In this document: piece by piece, positions 47,004-57,115 of the stretch
How positions within the stretch are numbered: position 1 is the stretch's first letter
Layout: the number at the start of each line of letters is the position of its first letter
NCBI GenBank assembly: GCA_902789225.1
Contig: CADANC010000001.1
Span: 329,438-393,437 of the forward strand
Direction: 5' to 3'
DNA length: 64,000 bases
Source: an uncultured Erysipelotrichaceae bacterium
GTDB lineage: Bacteria > Bacillota_I > Bacilli_A > RF39 > UBA660
Program-made: the position numbers and the translations under genes
The notes under the pieces: model-generated
Seen by the model: only the letters and a program-made list of their open reading frames with translations
What the model was told of the DNA's origin: nothing
The model's database searches: none

Positions 47004-47937
47004 TATGAATAAGTTTAAGTATTCTGATAATAATAAAAGATATCATACTCTAGATTATTTTTATAAACATAAATTTAATTCAAAAGTATTTAAAGTAAGC
47101 CTAAACGGAGGTTTTACTTGTCCAAATATAGATGGAACTGTAGGAAAAGGTGGCTGTATCTATTGTCATAAAGGATCATCTGATTTTGGAGGAGACAAAG
47201 AAAAAGATATAGTTACTCAATTTAATGAAGTAAAAGAAATATTATTAAAAAAATGGCCAAAAGCAAAATATATAGGCTATTTTCAAGCAAATACAAATAC
47301 TTATGCTCCTGTAGAAAAATTAAAAAGTTTATATGAACCCATCTTAGAACTAGATAATGTTGTAGGATTAAATATTGCAACTCGTGCTGATTCAATAACA
47401 GATGAATGTCTAGATTATCTAGAAGAGCTAAATAAAAGAACCTATCTAACAATAGAATTAGGACTACAAACAACAAAAGAAGAAACCTCTATATTAATTA
47501 ATAGATGTCATACACTAGATTGTTTTACTAACATGGTAGAAAAACTAAGAAAAAGAAATATAAATGTAGTTGTTCATATTATCAATGGATTACCTAATGA
47601 AACAAAAGAAGACATGTTAGAAACTGTAAAATTTTTAAACAAACTAGATATACAAGGAATTAAAATACATATGTTATCAATAGTTAAAGATACTGCATTA
47701 GAAAAATATTATAAAAAGAATAAATTCCACGTATTAACAAAAGACGAATATATAGATATAGTAGTAGACCAATTAGAATTACTAAGACCAGAAATTGTAA
47801 TAAATAGAATTACAGGAGATCCTAATAAAGAATATTTAATTGAACCTAATTGGTTATTAAAAAAGTTTGTAGTAATGAACGATATAGATAAAGAAATGGT
47901 AAAAAGAGACACTTATCAAGGAATAAAAACCAAATAA
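46990..47937 (+). CDS. radical SAM protein, TIGR01212 (YhcC) family
   Basis: The TIGR01212-type spacing CPNIDGTVGKGGCIYC is present in a 315 aa protein. It overlaps the patatin gene by 14 nt. Confidence 0.8.
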   Translation: MMRINMNKFKYSDNNKRYHTLDYFYKHKFNSKVFKVSLNGGFTCPNIDGTVGKGGCIYCHKGSSDFGGDKEKDIVTQFNEVKEILLKKWPKAKYIGYFQANTNTYAPVEKLKSLYEPILELDNVVGLNIATRADSITDECLDYLEELNKRTYLTIELGLQTTKEETSILINRCHTLDCFTNMVEKLRKRNINVVVHIINGLPNETKEDMLETVKFLNKLDIQGIKIHMLSIVKDTALEKYYKKNKFHVLTKDEYIDIVVDQLELLRPEIVINRITGDPNKEYLIEPNWLLKKFVVMNDIDKEMVKRDTYQGIKTK

Positions 47938-47945
47938 TATAATAC

Positions 47946-47978
47946 AAAATTGGACACTATTTTAGTGTCCAATTTTAG
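47946..47978 (+). terminator. rho-independent terminator
   Basis: AAATTGGACACT-ATTTT-AGTGTCCAATTT is followed by a T-run. Confidence 0.7.
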
Positions 47979-48038
47979 TAAATTATTGTAATTATCAACA
48001 ATTATCTCTATAATGTTATTAAAGGTAGGAGTGTTTCT

Positions 48039-48731
48039 ATGGAAGATGCAATTAAAAAGACAAGAATAATATCCATAACTTTAGCAATCTGGGGAGTAAT
48101 ATTCCTAATTACAGGAGGAATATTATCTACTATAGATAGAACTATAGTTAAAACAGAATACTCCGTAAATGTAGATAATCAAAAAGTTAGTGATTTAAGA
48201 ACTAAAGAAATAAAACTAAAAGATATGGAATTAGAAGAAAACAATCCTTTAAGTGTAGATCCTGCCGATTATATAGTAGATTCTGATCAAATAAGTGAAA
48301 ATATATTAAAAGCATTAAAATTAGATACATCAATGGTAAATATTAATGAACCAGGTGAATATAAATATACAATCAGATATAAGAAAAAAGTATATACAGG
48401 TAAATTCACTATAACAGAAAAAAAACTACCTACAGTAACATTAACATTAAAAGAAATTAATCTAAATGTTGGAGATGCTATAAGTAGAAATGCAAGTAGC
48501 TATATAAATGAAACACTACCTGAAGAAGTATATAACAATTTAACATTGGATTTATCTAAAGTATCTACAGCTAAAGCTGGAGTATATGAGTATTACATAT
48601 ATTACAATAATGAAACTTATCAAAATAAAATTATTGTAACAGAAATACAAACAGGACCAAAAGTAATAACTCCTATAGAAGAAGGAGAAACAAATACTGA
48701 TAATCCAACAGATAATTCAAATAACAATTAA
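48039..48731 (+). CDS. membrane-anchored extracellular protein with two Ig-like repeats, unknown function
   Basis: An N-terminal TM helix is followed by repeated segments PGEYKYTIRYKKKVYTGKFTITEK and KAGVYEYYIYYNNETYQNKIIVTEIQ. Confidence 0.5.
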   Translation: MEDAIKKTRIISITLAIWGVIFLITGGILSTIDRTIVKTEYSVNVDNQKVSDLRTKEIKLKDMELEENNPLSVDPADYIVDSDQISENILKALKLDTSMVNINEPGEYKYTIRYKKKVYTGKFTITEKKLPTVTLTLKEINLNVGDAISRNASSYINETLPEEVYNNLTLDLSKVSTAKAGVYEYYIYYNNETYQNKIIVTEIQTGPKVITPIEEGETNTDNPTDNSNNN

Positions 48732-48734
48732 AGA

Positions 48735-49810
48735 CTACTTAGTAGTCTTTTTCTTTACATTAAAATCAATATATCTATCTTCTTCACCTATTAAACAACT
48801 ATCTATTAAATAGCACATATCTTCATCTATACAATAATAATCTATTTTATATGAATTACTCTCATTATCTCTAAAATATTTTTTACTAACAGAAACAACC
48901 ATATCATATAAAGACCCTTCTTTATATGACATCATTAACTTATCTGTTTCCATATTAATGCCATACTTATTAGAATAAATTGTTCCTATTATATCCCAAC
49001 ATCTTTTATTAAAAATATCATAATTTTCTTTATCATCATCATTATAAGCAACCTTAGCATTATCCATATTCTTTAATAAAGATATAGCATCTTCATAAGA
49101 ACTATATTTTGATACTTCATCAATAAAAGAATCTAAATCATGAGAGAAATAACATTTTCTCATAAAGTCACTTCCAAATATCTCAATAAGTGCCTTTGTC
49201 GTTGATACTTCATTAGAATAAACAAATAATTGATTTTTATAATATTCATTTACTAATTCTTGAGTCATACCTTCATTTAAAGCATCACCTATATAACCAT
49301 TATTATCATCAGTTATAAAAGCAAATCCAGAGTTTGAAAAGAAATGCAACATTTCATGAAATATAGTTGCATATACTAAATCTTCATCTATGCCTTCTTT
49401 TAAATAGACAGTATTTGTTTCAGAATCATATCTACCAATAATATCATTAGAAGTATTAGCTAACAATTCATCATCAGAAGTATAAACAATATTTAATTCA
49501 GAAAATTTATCTAAAATATCTTCTTGATTAATATAATCACTATCATCTTTTATCACAGACTTTGTAAGATCAAGTATTTCTTTTTTTAATTCAGTATCAC
49601 CACGTTTATATAATTCTTTATAAAAACTAGATGCATCTAAATGATTATCAACAGTATTTATGGAAACTTTAGAAGAAACTAAATTATTTTCAACAGAAAC
49701 TGTGGAAATTTTACTTGTTTTAGCTTCACTATAATTTGAACAACCATTTAAATTTATCACTGTCGAAAGAATATTCAAAGATAAAATAGTTGCTAATAAT
49801 AATTGCCTAC
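48735..49810 (-). CDS. putative secreted/lipoprotein zincin-like metallopeptidase (HEXXH)
   Basis: The motif is TIFHEMLHFF, followed by NEGMTQE. A signal-like segment LLLATILSLNILSTVINLNGC is encoded, but no in-frame ATG precedes it. The true start is unresolved, possibly TTG near 49810, so the ORF-track N-terminal extension to 49979 is doubtful. Confidence 0.45.
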
Positions 49811-49985
49811 CTTTTAAGTTATTTTCATACAAAATATTATATTTATAATCTAGAAAAGGAATATATTGCTCCAACCCATCTAAATAAAACCTTGTTCTTT
49901 TTGAATCAATATCATAATATAAGTCAAATATTTTTCCATCATAAAAAAACTCACTACAATAAATCAACCAAACCACCACTCTTTG

Positions 49986-51599
49986 TTAACTAAGACCTAT
50001 TATTTTACCATTTACTAAATCAATATGTTCATAATTTGGAACTCTAGGTAAACCAGGCATAGTCATAATATTACCAAGTAAAACAGTAATAAATCCAGCA
50101 CCATTATATAATCTTACATCTTTTACAGTTACTTCAAAATCCTTAGGAGCACCTAATTTTTTAGGATCATCAGAAAAACTATATTGAGTTTTCGCAATAC
50201 AAATAGGTAAATCAGACTTATTATTATTTTCAAGATATTCAATAATTTTATTACTTTCATCAGAATAATTTACTTTAGATGTATGATAAATTTTACTACA
50301 AATTGTATTAATTTTTTCTTTTATAGATAAATCATCTTCATATAATAGTTTAAAATCATATGCTTTATCGCATGAATCAATTACTTTATTTGCTAAATCG
50401 ATTGCTCCATCTCCACCATTGATATAGGCAGTAGATGTTGAAAAAGAAACATTCTTTTTATCACAAAAATCTTTAACAATTTCTATTTCTTCATCTAAAT
50501 CACCATCAAATTTATTCAAGCAAACAACTAAATTAACTCCATATTGACTTAAATTATCAATATGCTGTTCTAAATTACATAATCCATCTTTTAAAGCGCT
50601 ACTATTTGCTACCATAACATCTTCTTTAGGAACACCACCGTGATACTTTAATGCTTTAATAGTTGCAACTAATACTACACAATCAGGCTTTAAATCATTT
50701 AGTCTACATTTAATATCAAGAAACTTCTCAGCACCTAAATCAGCACCAAATCCAGCTTCAGTTACTACATAATCACATAAACTAAGACCAGTATTAGTTC
50801 CAATAACACTATTACAACCATGAGCAATATTAGCAAAAGGACCACCATGTATAATTACAGGATTATTCTCTAAAGATTGAACTAAATTAGGTTTTATAGC
50901 ATTTTTTAGTAGAACAGCTAAAGATCCTTGTAAATTTAAATCTTTTACATAGATCATCTCATTCTTACTATTATATCCAACAACAATATTAGAAAGTCTA
51001 TTCTTTAAATCATCTTCATCTTTTGCTAAACAAAATAATGCCATAATCTCACTTGCTGCTGTAATATTAAAACTTTCTTCTCTCTCTCCTTTAATAGATC
51101 TTAAAAATCTATCATTAACATCTAAACATCTATTAAAAGTAACTCTTTGTATATCTAATTTATTATCAAAATAAATATGATTATCTATAGCAGCACATAT
51201 CAAGTTATTAGCAGCACTAATCGCATCAAAATCTCCAGTAAATTGTAAGTTAATATCTTCCATAGGAACAACTTGAGAATAACCTCCTCCTGTTGCTCCA
51301 CCCTTCATACCAAATACAGGTCCCATTGAAGGTTCTCTTAATACTGCAATACTATTTTTATTTAATTTTCTCAAGGCATCATTTAGACCAATACTAACAG
51401 TAGTTTTCCCCTCACCCATAGGTGTAGGACTAATAGCAGTAACTAATATTAAATGACCTTTTCTATTATTATCATGATTAATAATCTTAGCTTTATCATT
51501 TCCGTATAAGATTAGATTATCTTTTTTTATTCCTATCTCTTTCGCAACATCAACTATATCTTTTTTCTTAATAGAATTTGCAATTTCTATATCAGTCAT
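49986..51599 (-). CDS. fhs: formate--tetrahydrofolate ligase
   Basis: The PTPMGEGKTTVSIGL P-loop is present in a 537 aa protein. Confidence 0.95.
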   Translation of the reverse strand: MTDIEIANSIKKKDIVDVAKEIGIKKDNLILYGNDKAKIINHDNNRKGHLILVTAISPTPMGEGKTTVSIGLNDALRKLNKNSIAVLREPSMGPVFGMKGGATGGGYSQVVPMEDINLQFTGDFDAISAANNLICAAIDNHIYFDNKLDIQRVTFNRCLDVNDRFLRSIKGEREESFNITAASEIMALFCLAKDEDDLKNRLSNIVVGYNSKNEMIYVKDLNLQGSLAVLLKNAIKPNLVQSLENNPVIIHGGPFANIAHGCNSVIGTNTGLSLCDYVVTEAGFGADLGAEKFLDIKCRLNDLKPDCVVLVATIKALKYHGGVPKEDVMVANSSALKDGLCNLEQHIDNLSQYGVNLVVCLNKFDGDLDEEIEIVKDFCDKKNVSFSTSTAYINGGDGAIDLANKVIDSCDKAYDFKLLYEDDLSIKEKINTICSKIYHTSKVNYSDESNKIIEYLENNNKSDLPICIAKTQYSFSDDPKKLGAPKDFEVTVKDVRLYNGAGFITVLLGNIMTMPGLPRVPNYEHIDLVNGKIIGLS

Positions 51600-51800
51600 A
51601 AAATCACCTCATCAGAGCATATTATATCACTTTTATTATACTAATTAAACTTACATATCTAAATAAAATAATAATTTAATTTAACAAAATCTATATAGGA
51701 TTTATTTTTTTCATAAAAAATAATATTTAAAATGAATAAAACCTCAATTTGTAATTAATATTTAAAGGAGTTATTATCTTGCCTACAAAGAGGAGGAAAT

Positions 51801-53210
51801 ATGAAAAAAATAATAAAAATCCTAGTAGTAGCAATCATTTTATTAGGAACAATCAAAAGCATAAGTGTTAATGCTGAAACATCAAATTTCTATAAAGGAG
51901 AAAAAATATCAGGAATATATATGATGGCATATAATCCAAATACAAAGATAGGTATATATCAAGTAGCCAGATTCATAAGAGAACAAAATACAAATAAAAT
52001 AGCTTATTGCATCGACCCATATGACTGGTTTTATGATACATCTACCTATAATAGAGAAACACCTAATATGAATGCTATTTTATTAGATAGAATTGAAAAA
52101 ATAGCTCATTATGGATATGGATATGGCAATCATACAGATTCTTCATGGTATGCAGTAACACAAGCAATGATCTGGAAAGAAGTTGCTGGAGATGAAAACA
52201 TATATTTTACTGATACTTTAAATGGAAATAAGATTAATAGTTATGACAACATGATAAATGAAATAAATACAATTATAAATCAAAATGAAAAAACACCTAA
52301 TATTCCAAATAATATAGTATTAGTAGAGGATGAAGAAAAAACAATTACAGATATTAATAATGTATTAGGAAATTATAATTCTACATCTAATATAGAAATT
52401 CAAGGTAACAATTTGATAATTAAAGGATTAAAGCCAGGTGAATATAATGAAAATCTAATTAGAAAAGATAATATTTATGATGAGCCTATATTGTTTTATA
52501 CATCTGTTGATAGTCAAAATGTAGTTAAATTAGGAAACTTAGAATCAAAAAATTCAAAATTAAATATTAAGGTAATAAATACAGAAATAAATATTAAAAA
52601 AATTGATTTAGATACTAAAACAAATAAGCCTAGTGGAGACGCTAAGATAGAAGGAACAGAATTCTCTATAGTAGATGAAAATAATAATATAATCAAATCA
52701 TTTAAAACAAATGAAACAGGCTCATATAAAATTAATAATTTACCATTAGGAAAATATACATTGATAGAAGAAAAACCAGGAATAGGCTATAAAAAAAGTG
52801 ATAAAACTATTGAATTTGAATTATCAGAAGAAAATAATAAAAAAGAGATAGAATTTAGTAATGAAGTAATAAAAAAGAAGATAAAAATCATAAAAACATA
52901 TGGTACAAAAGAAAAACAAATAAAAGAGCCTAATATAGAATTTAATGTATATGATAAAAATAATAATTTAGTAAAAACAATAAAAACGAATAATGAAGGT
53001 GAAGCAGAAATTATCCTTCCATATGGTAACTATACAATAAAACAACTTACTACAACAGAAGGATATGAATTTAGTAATCCAATAAATATAAAAGTAGAAA
53101 ACGAAGAAGAAGAAACTTATACATTAAAAGATTATAAAATAAATGTTCCAAATACAAAAATATCATTAAAAGATTTTATAATATTTCTATTTCAAAATAT
53201 AATTATATGA
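51801..53210 (+). CDS. secreted thioester-domain (TED) / CnaB-type surface adhesin with atypical C-terminal signal
   Basis: A signal peptide is present. The N-terminal domain has AYCID (Cys) and AVTQAMIW (TQxA-like Gln), a thioester-domain signature. CnaB-like repeats follow (NNLPLGKYTLIEEKPGIGY, GNYTIKQLTTTEGYEF). The C-terminus is NVPNTKISLKDFIIFLFQNIII. An AGGAGG RBS is present. Confidence 0.55.
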   Translation: MKKIIKILVVAIILLGTIKSISVNAETSNFYKGEKISGIYMMAYNPNTKIGIYQVARFIREQNTNKIAYCIDPYDWFYDTSTYNRETPNMNAILLDRIEKIAHYGYGYGNHTDSSWYAVTQAMIWKEVAGDENIYFTDTLNGNKINSYDNMINEINTIINQNEKTPNIPNNIVLVEDEEKTITDINNVLGNYNSTSNIEIQGNNLIIKGLKPGEYNENLIRKDNIYDEPILFYTSVDSQNVVKLGNLESKNSKLNIKVINTEINIKKIDLDTKTNKPSGDAKIEGTEFSIVDENNNIIKSFKTNETGSYKINNLPLGKYTLIEEKPGIGYKKSDKTIEFELSEENNKKEIEFSNEVIKKKIKIIKTYGTKEKQIKEPNIEFNVYDKNNNLVKTIKTNNEGEAEIILPYGNYTIKQLTTTEGYEFSNPINIKVENEEEETYTLKDYKINVPNTKISLKDFIIFLFQNIII

Positions 53211-53737
53211 AATATATAAAGTTTATAATAATTATCGTTATGTATTCTCTAATATGTTTTCAAACATATAATAAAGTAAAAGTAAATTCTATATCTTTAA
53301 GTACAAAAATTGGAAATAATATACAAAAAGAAAAACATAAAGAAGACATAATTGGATATATAACAATTAATAAAATAGGAATTAATAAAGAATTATATAA
53401 AATAGATAGTATAGAAAATAATGTAGATAAAAATATTACAATACTAGAAGGGTCAGACTTATTTGATGAAGAAAGTGCTTTCACTATTATTGCTGCTCAT
53501 TCTGGTACAGGACCAATAGCATATTTTAAAGATTTAGATAAATTAAACAAAAATGATGAAATAGAAATAAACTATAATGGAAATAATTATACATATGTAG
53601 TTAAAGATATATGGAACACTAAAAAAACAGGTAGTATAAATGTACCAAAACAAAATAAAAAACAATTAGTATTAACTACCTGCTCACCAAATAAAAATAA
53701 TTATCAATTAATAATAAATAGCACATTAAAAGAATAG
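53207..53737 (+). CDS. sortase-family transpeptidase (compact, class B-like)
   Basis: An N-terminal TM helix is present. The catalytic His context is TIIAAHSG and the Cys context is LVLTTCSP. The protein is 176 aa. Its start overlaps the stop of the adhesin gene (ATGA). Confidence 0.7.
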   Translation: MKYIKFIIIIVMYSLICFQTYNKVKVNSISLSTKIGNNIQKEKHKEDIIGYITINKIGINKELYKIDSIENNVDKNITILEGSDLFDEESAFTIIAAHSGTGPIAYFKDLDKLNKNDEIEINYNGNNYTYVVKDIWNTKKTGSINVPKQNKKQLVLTTCSPNKNNYQLIINSTLKE

Positions 53738-53758
53738 TATTAACTATTCTTTTCATTT
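53727..53758. terminator. bidirectional rho-independent terminator (sortase / ctpA)
   Basis: AAGAATAGT-ATTAA-CTATTCTT is flanked by an A-run and a T-run. Confidence 0.65.
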
Positions 53759-55026
53759 AATATAGAAATTGCTTTTTGTAACTGTAAATCAGTATTATTT
53801 AAATCATTTAAGTCATATCTTTCAAGTTCTATATCTGGATCTAGTCCTCCAGTAGTACCCCTATTTAACCATTTTCCTTTAGATGTTAACCATCTATCTG
53901 TTGTATATTTATAACTGCTTCCACTAGTTAAATTAACTTCTTTTTGTATTGTTCCTTTTCCATATGTTTTCTTTCCAACTAAAGTAATATCACTATAATT
54001 ATCATCAAAACATGCAGCAACTATTTCAGCAGCACTAGCTGTATTTTCATTAATTAATATAACAACAGGATATTTTCTACTATCTTTCTTAGTTGTTTTA
54101 ATTTTTGTTTTCTTATTATTAGATTCAACTTGATATATAACTACTCCTTTTTTAAAGAAAGGTTCTACTACTCTATTAACTTGATTTAAATGTCCACCAG
54201 GATTATCTCTTAAATCAATTATTAAAGAAGAAATATTTTCTTTTTCTAACTCATTTAATTTCTTTTCAAACTGATCTCCTGTATTAGCATAAAAACTTGT
54301 TATTTCTAAATAACCTATATTATTATCTTTAATATCACTAAATACAGAATCAATAACTATCCTATCTTTTTTAATATTAAATGTCATTTCATTTCCATCA
54401 CGATTAACAAGAAATTTTATTTTCTTATTGTCAGCATTACTTATAGTATCACGCATTATATTAAAGTTATCTTTAGTAATATTAATATCATTAACTTTAA
54501 CAATTATATCTCCTTTTTTCATTCCAGCTTTATCAGCAGGAGAATCATGAATAATATCAACAATTTTAATATTATCACCATCTACCGTAATAGTAATTCC
54601 AACACCATCATAATATCCAGAAATTGAATCATTAAAATCATCAGTTTCACTTTCATCCATATATGTAGAATATGGATCATCTAAAGAATTAACCATTCCA
54701 TTAATTGCTGAATCAATTAATTCATCTTTATTCACTTTATTATAATAATTATTGACAATAGAATTATAAGTAGATATAAACTCTTGTAAGTTCTTATCAG
54801 AAGAATCTAAATAATTATATTTAGTTAAACTAAAAATAACACCTATAACACTACCAAATAAAATTGATAAAATCATAATAAGAATAACTTCCAAAGTACT
54901 AAAATAAGTTGTTCTTTTACTTCTAATTACTTCTACTGGTTTATTATCTTCAATTCTTTTTATAGTCTTACTTTGGCCTTTTAATTCTTTTCTATCAATA
55001 AGATTAAATTTTCTATTTTTATTCAT
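53740..55026 (-). CDS. ctpA: carboxyl-terminal processing protease (peptidase S41) with PDZ domain
   Basis: An N-terminal TM helix and a PDZ domain (GMKKGDIIVKVND) are present. The S41 catalytic region is NENTASAAEIVAACF. Confidence 0.85.
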   Translation of the reverse strand: MNKNRKFNLIDRKELKGQSKTIKRIEDNKPVEVIRSKRTTYFSTLEVILIMILSILFGSVIGVIFSLTKYNYLDSSDKNLQEFISTYNSIVNNYYNKVNKDELIDSAINGMVNSLDDPYSTYMDESETDDFNDSISGYYDGVGITITVDGDNIKIVDIIHDSPADKAGMKKGDIIVKVNDINITKDNFNIMRDTISNADNKKIKFLVNRDGNEMTFNIKKDRIVIDSVFSDIKDNNIGYLEITSFYANTGDQFEKKLNELEKENISSLIIDLRDNPGGHLNQVNRVVEPFFKKGVVIYQVESNNKKTKIKTTKKDSRKYPVVILINENTASAAEIVAACFDDNYSDITLVGKKTYGKGTIQKEVNLTSGSSYKYTTDRWLTSKGKWLNRGTTGGLDPDIELERYDLNDLNNTDLQLQKAISILNEKNS

Positions 55027-55063
55027 AGAAACACCTCATATATATAAATATACCATAAATAAA

Positions 55064-55087
55064 AGAAAAAGGCATTATTGCCTTTAT
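55064..55087 (-). terminator. rho-independent terminator downstream of tRNA-Asn
   Basis: On the minus strand, AAAGGCA-ATAA-TGCCTTT is followed by TTCTTTT. Confidence 0.6.
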
Positions 55088-55095
55088 TATTAAAA

Positions 55096-55172
55096 TGGCG
55101 CCCCAACTAGGACTTGAACCTAGGACCCCTTGATTAACAGTCAAGTGCTCTAACCAGCTGAGCTATTGAGGC
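55096..55172 (-). tRNA. tRNA-Asn (anticodon GTT), CCA encoded
   Basis: The reverse complement is GCCTCAATAGCTCAGCTGGTTAGAGCACTTGACTGTTAATCAAGGGGTCCTAGGTTCAAGTCCTAGTTGGGGCGCCA. The acceptor stem is 7 bp, with one G-U pair. The D-loop is AGCTCAGCTGGTTAGAGC, the anticodon loop is CTGTTAA and the T-arm is GGTTCAAGTCC. Confidence 0.92.
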
Positions 55173-55184
55173 ATTTAAAGATTA

Positions 55185-55676
55185 TTAACTTAAATAATCA
55201 ATAACCTTTTCTTCTCCTTCAATATATTGAGAAATACTACCATTAGAAATCTCAATTAAAGTAGGATTTTTAACTTTTAATTCACTTGCTTTAGTAGCTT
55301 TAGGATTACTAGAATCTTTACTAGTAACACTAGCATTTATAGCATCATTATAATCAACATAATAAATAGGTAAAGCTTTATCTTTTGATTTATAATTGCT
55401 TACAGCAGTAGTAATATCTCCACCATTATCTCTGTTATAAAAAATAACCAAATATTCTTTATCACTCATACTAAAAGTTGAGCCAGCAGATATTTGTTCA
55501 TAACTAATAGAACCTTCAGCTATTCTAACCTTATCAGGCTTATTAGTAATATAAACTGATAATAAGTAAAAAAGTACTGCTATAGCTAAAACAACAACAG
55601 CAGTAATAATTATACTCTTATAATTATTACCATCAATAGAATCAATATTATAATTATTTCGTGCCATCATAACCAC
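55185..55676 (-). CDS. membrane-anchored hypothetical protein
   Basis: A 163 aa protein with one N-terminal TM helix and an extracytoplasmic domain of about 110 aa. It occupies the position where glmM usually follows cdaR. Confidence 0.45.
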   Translation of the reverse strand: MVMMARNNYNIDSIDGNNYKSIIITAVVVLAIAVLFYLLSVYITNKPDKVRIAEGSISYEQISAGSTFSMSDKEYLVIFYNRDNGGDITTAVSNYKSKDKALPIYYVDYNDAINASVTSKDSSNPKATKASELKVKNPTLIEISNGSISQYIEGEEKVIDYLS

Positions 55677-55756
55677 CTAGAAAGTATTATACCACAAATA
55701 AAACACAATACAAAGAAAAAACTCAAGTCCACAATGAATGAACTTGAGTTTTATTA

Positions 55757-57115
55757 TTAACCAGTTACAGTAATTGAAACTTTCTTATTAGATGTAACTT
55801 CGTATGCTAGAGTTAAGTCATCACCAGTAACTTTAACAGTATATTCACTTGTTCCTGGCTTAGCATTACTTAAATCAACATATGCTTTAACATTATCAAC
55901 ATTAACTCTTTGAATAGCTTCGCTACTACCAGTAACTTTAACAGTAACAGTAGAATCAGCTTCACTAGCAGCTTGTGCAGTCATTCCAGCAGGTAAATTC
56001 TCAGGAATAATTCTAACTCCTTCAATAGTCTTAGATTCACTGGAATCAAGAGTTACCTTAACTGTAATTTGAGTTTCACTAAGTTCAGTAATTCCATTAG
56101 GAGCATTTAATGTAATATTAAATGTCTTATCTTTACTTAACTTATCAACATCAATTTCTACTTCTAACTGTTCTAATTTATCAACAGCAGCTTCACTACC
56201 ATAAACAGTTACTTTACTAATATTACTTTCAATAGACTTAATTGATTTTCCTAAACTTACTGTTCCCTTAGGAATAATCTTAATAGGTACTTCTTTACTT
56301 GGAGAAGTAATTCCTAGCTTACATGTTATAGTTTTAGGTACAATTTCAACACTAATTACTTTACCATTAGCATCATATGCAACTAAAGGAACATCTTTTA
56401 GAGTAACCTCTCCAACTGAACCAGCAGGAATATCATTAACATCTACTAATGCTTTAACAGTTGCTACTTTATCAAGACTTTCTTGACTACCCTTAACAAT
56501 AACTTCAGATCTGTCTAATGTAACTCTATCAATATATAACTTAGAATCTAATTCATCTTGATGTAATATATCGTAAGTAAGTGATTTAGTAGTACTTACT
56601 TTCTTATAAATAGTAATAGTTACTTCACTAGGATCTAATTTATAATCTAAACTCTTTAATGGTTGAGAATATTTTAATTTTACTTTGTGTTGACCAGGCT
56701 TCAAACCAGTTAAATCAACAGTAACTCCATTAGATGGAGATTGTTTAGCTAAGAAAATATGTCTTTTTTGACCAACTAATGTAATATCAACAGCATCAGG
56801 TAACCCTTCAACAACATATAATTCTTCATTATATATAGCAGTTACAGGTTGTTGATATAATATTTCAGCATATTGATCAATTGTAACATCATTTTCTTTA
56901 TCAATAACTATAAAAGTTGAAAAAGCTAAAATCAAACTTATAATAAGTAAGAAAGACTTATTTCCACTCATCTTATCAAAGAATCTACCACCATCATTTA
57001 TCCATTCTCCAAATTTAAAGAATAGCTTAGTTAATGGGGTTATTAAAATCTTATCAAAGAATCTACCAATAGAACTGAATATTCTTATAAAAATATTATT
57101 ACTTTTCTTCTTCAT
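55757..57115 (-). CDS. cdaR: CdaA regulatory protein CdaR (YbbR-like domains)
   Basis: An N-terminal TM helix is followed by repeated YbbR-like beta domains of about 90 aa. It overlaps cdaA by 17 nt, the conserved cdaA-cdaR operon. Confidence 0.75.
   Translation of the reverse strand: MKKKSNNIFIRIFSSIGRFFDKILITPLTKLFFKFGEWINDGGRFFDKMSGNKSFLLIISLILAFSTFIVIDKENDVTIDQYAEILYQQPVTAIYNEELYVVEGLPDAVDITLVGQKRHIFLAKQSPSNGVTVDLTGLKPGQHKVKLKYSQPLKSLDYKLDPSEVTITIYKKVSTTKSLTYDILHQDELDSKLYIDRVTLDRSEVIVKGSQESLDKVATVKALVDVNDIPAGSVGEVTLKDVPLVAYDANGKVISVEIVPKTITCKLGITSPSKEVPIKIIPKGTVSLGKSIKSIESNISKVTVYGSEAAVDKLEQLEVEIDVDKLSKDKTFNITLNAPNGITELSETQITVKVTLDSSESKTIEGVRIIPENLPAGMTAQAASEADSTVTVKVTGSSEAIQRVNVDNVKAYVDLSNAKPGTSEYTVKVTGDDLTLAYEVTSNKKVSITVTG

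Noticed and set aside
49790-49993. 67 aa plus-strand ORF upstream of fhs
   Set aside because: It is probably non-coding. It sits in the fhs downstream region, which also forms the doubtful 5' extension of the HEXXH gene. It has no RBS.
51599-51801. Mini-ORF MNKTSICN in the adhesin upstream region as a leader peptide
   Set aside because: It is only 8 codons, has no RBS, and nothing suggests an attenuation mechanism. It was seen only by eye.
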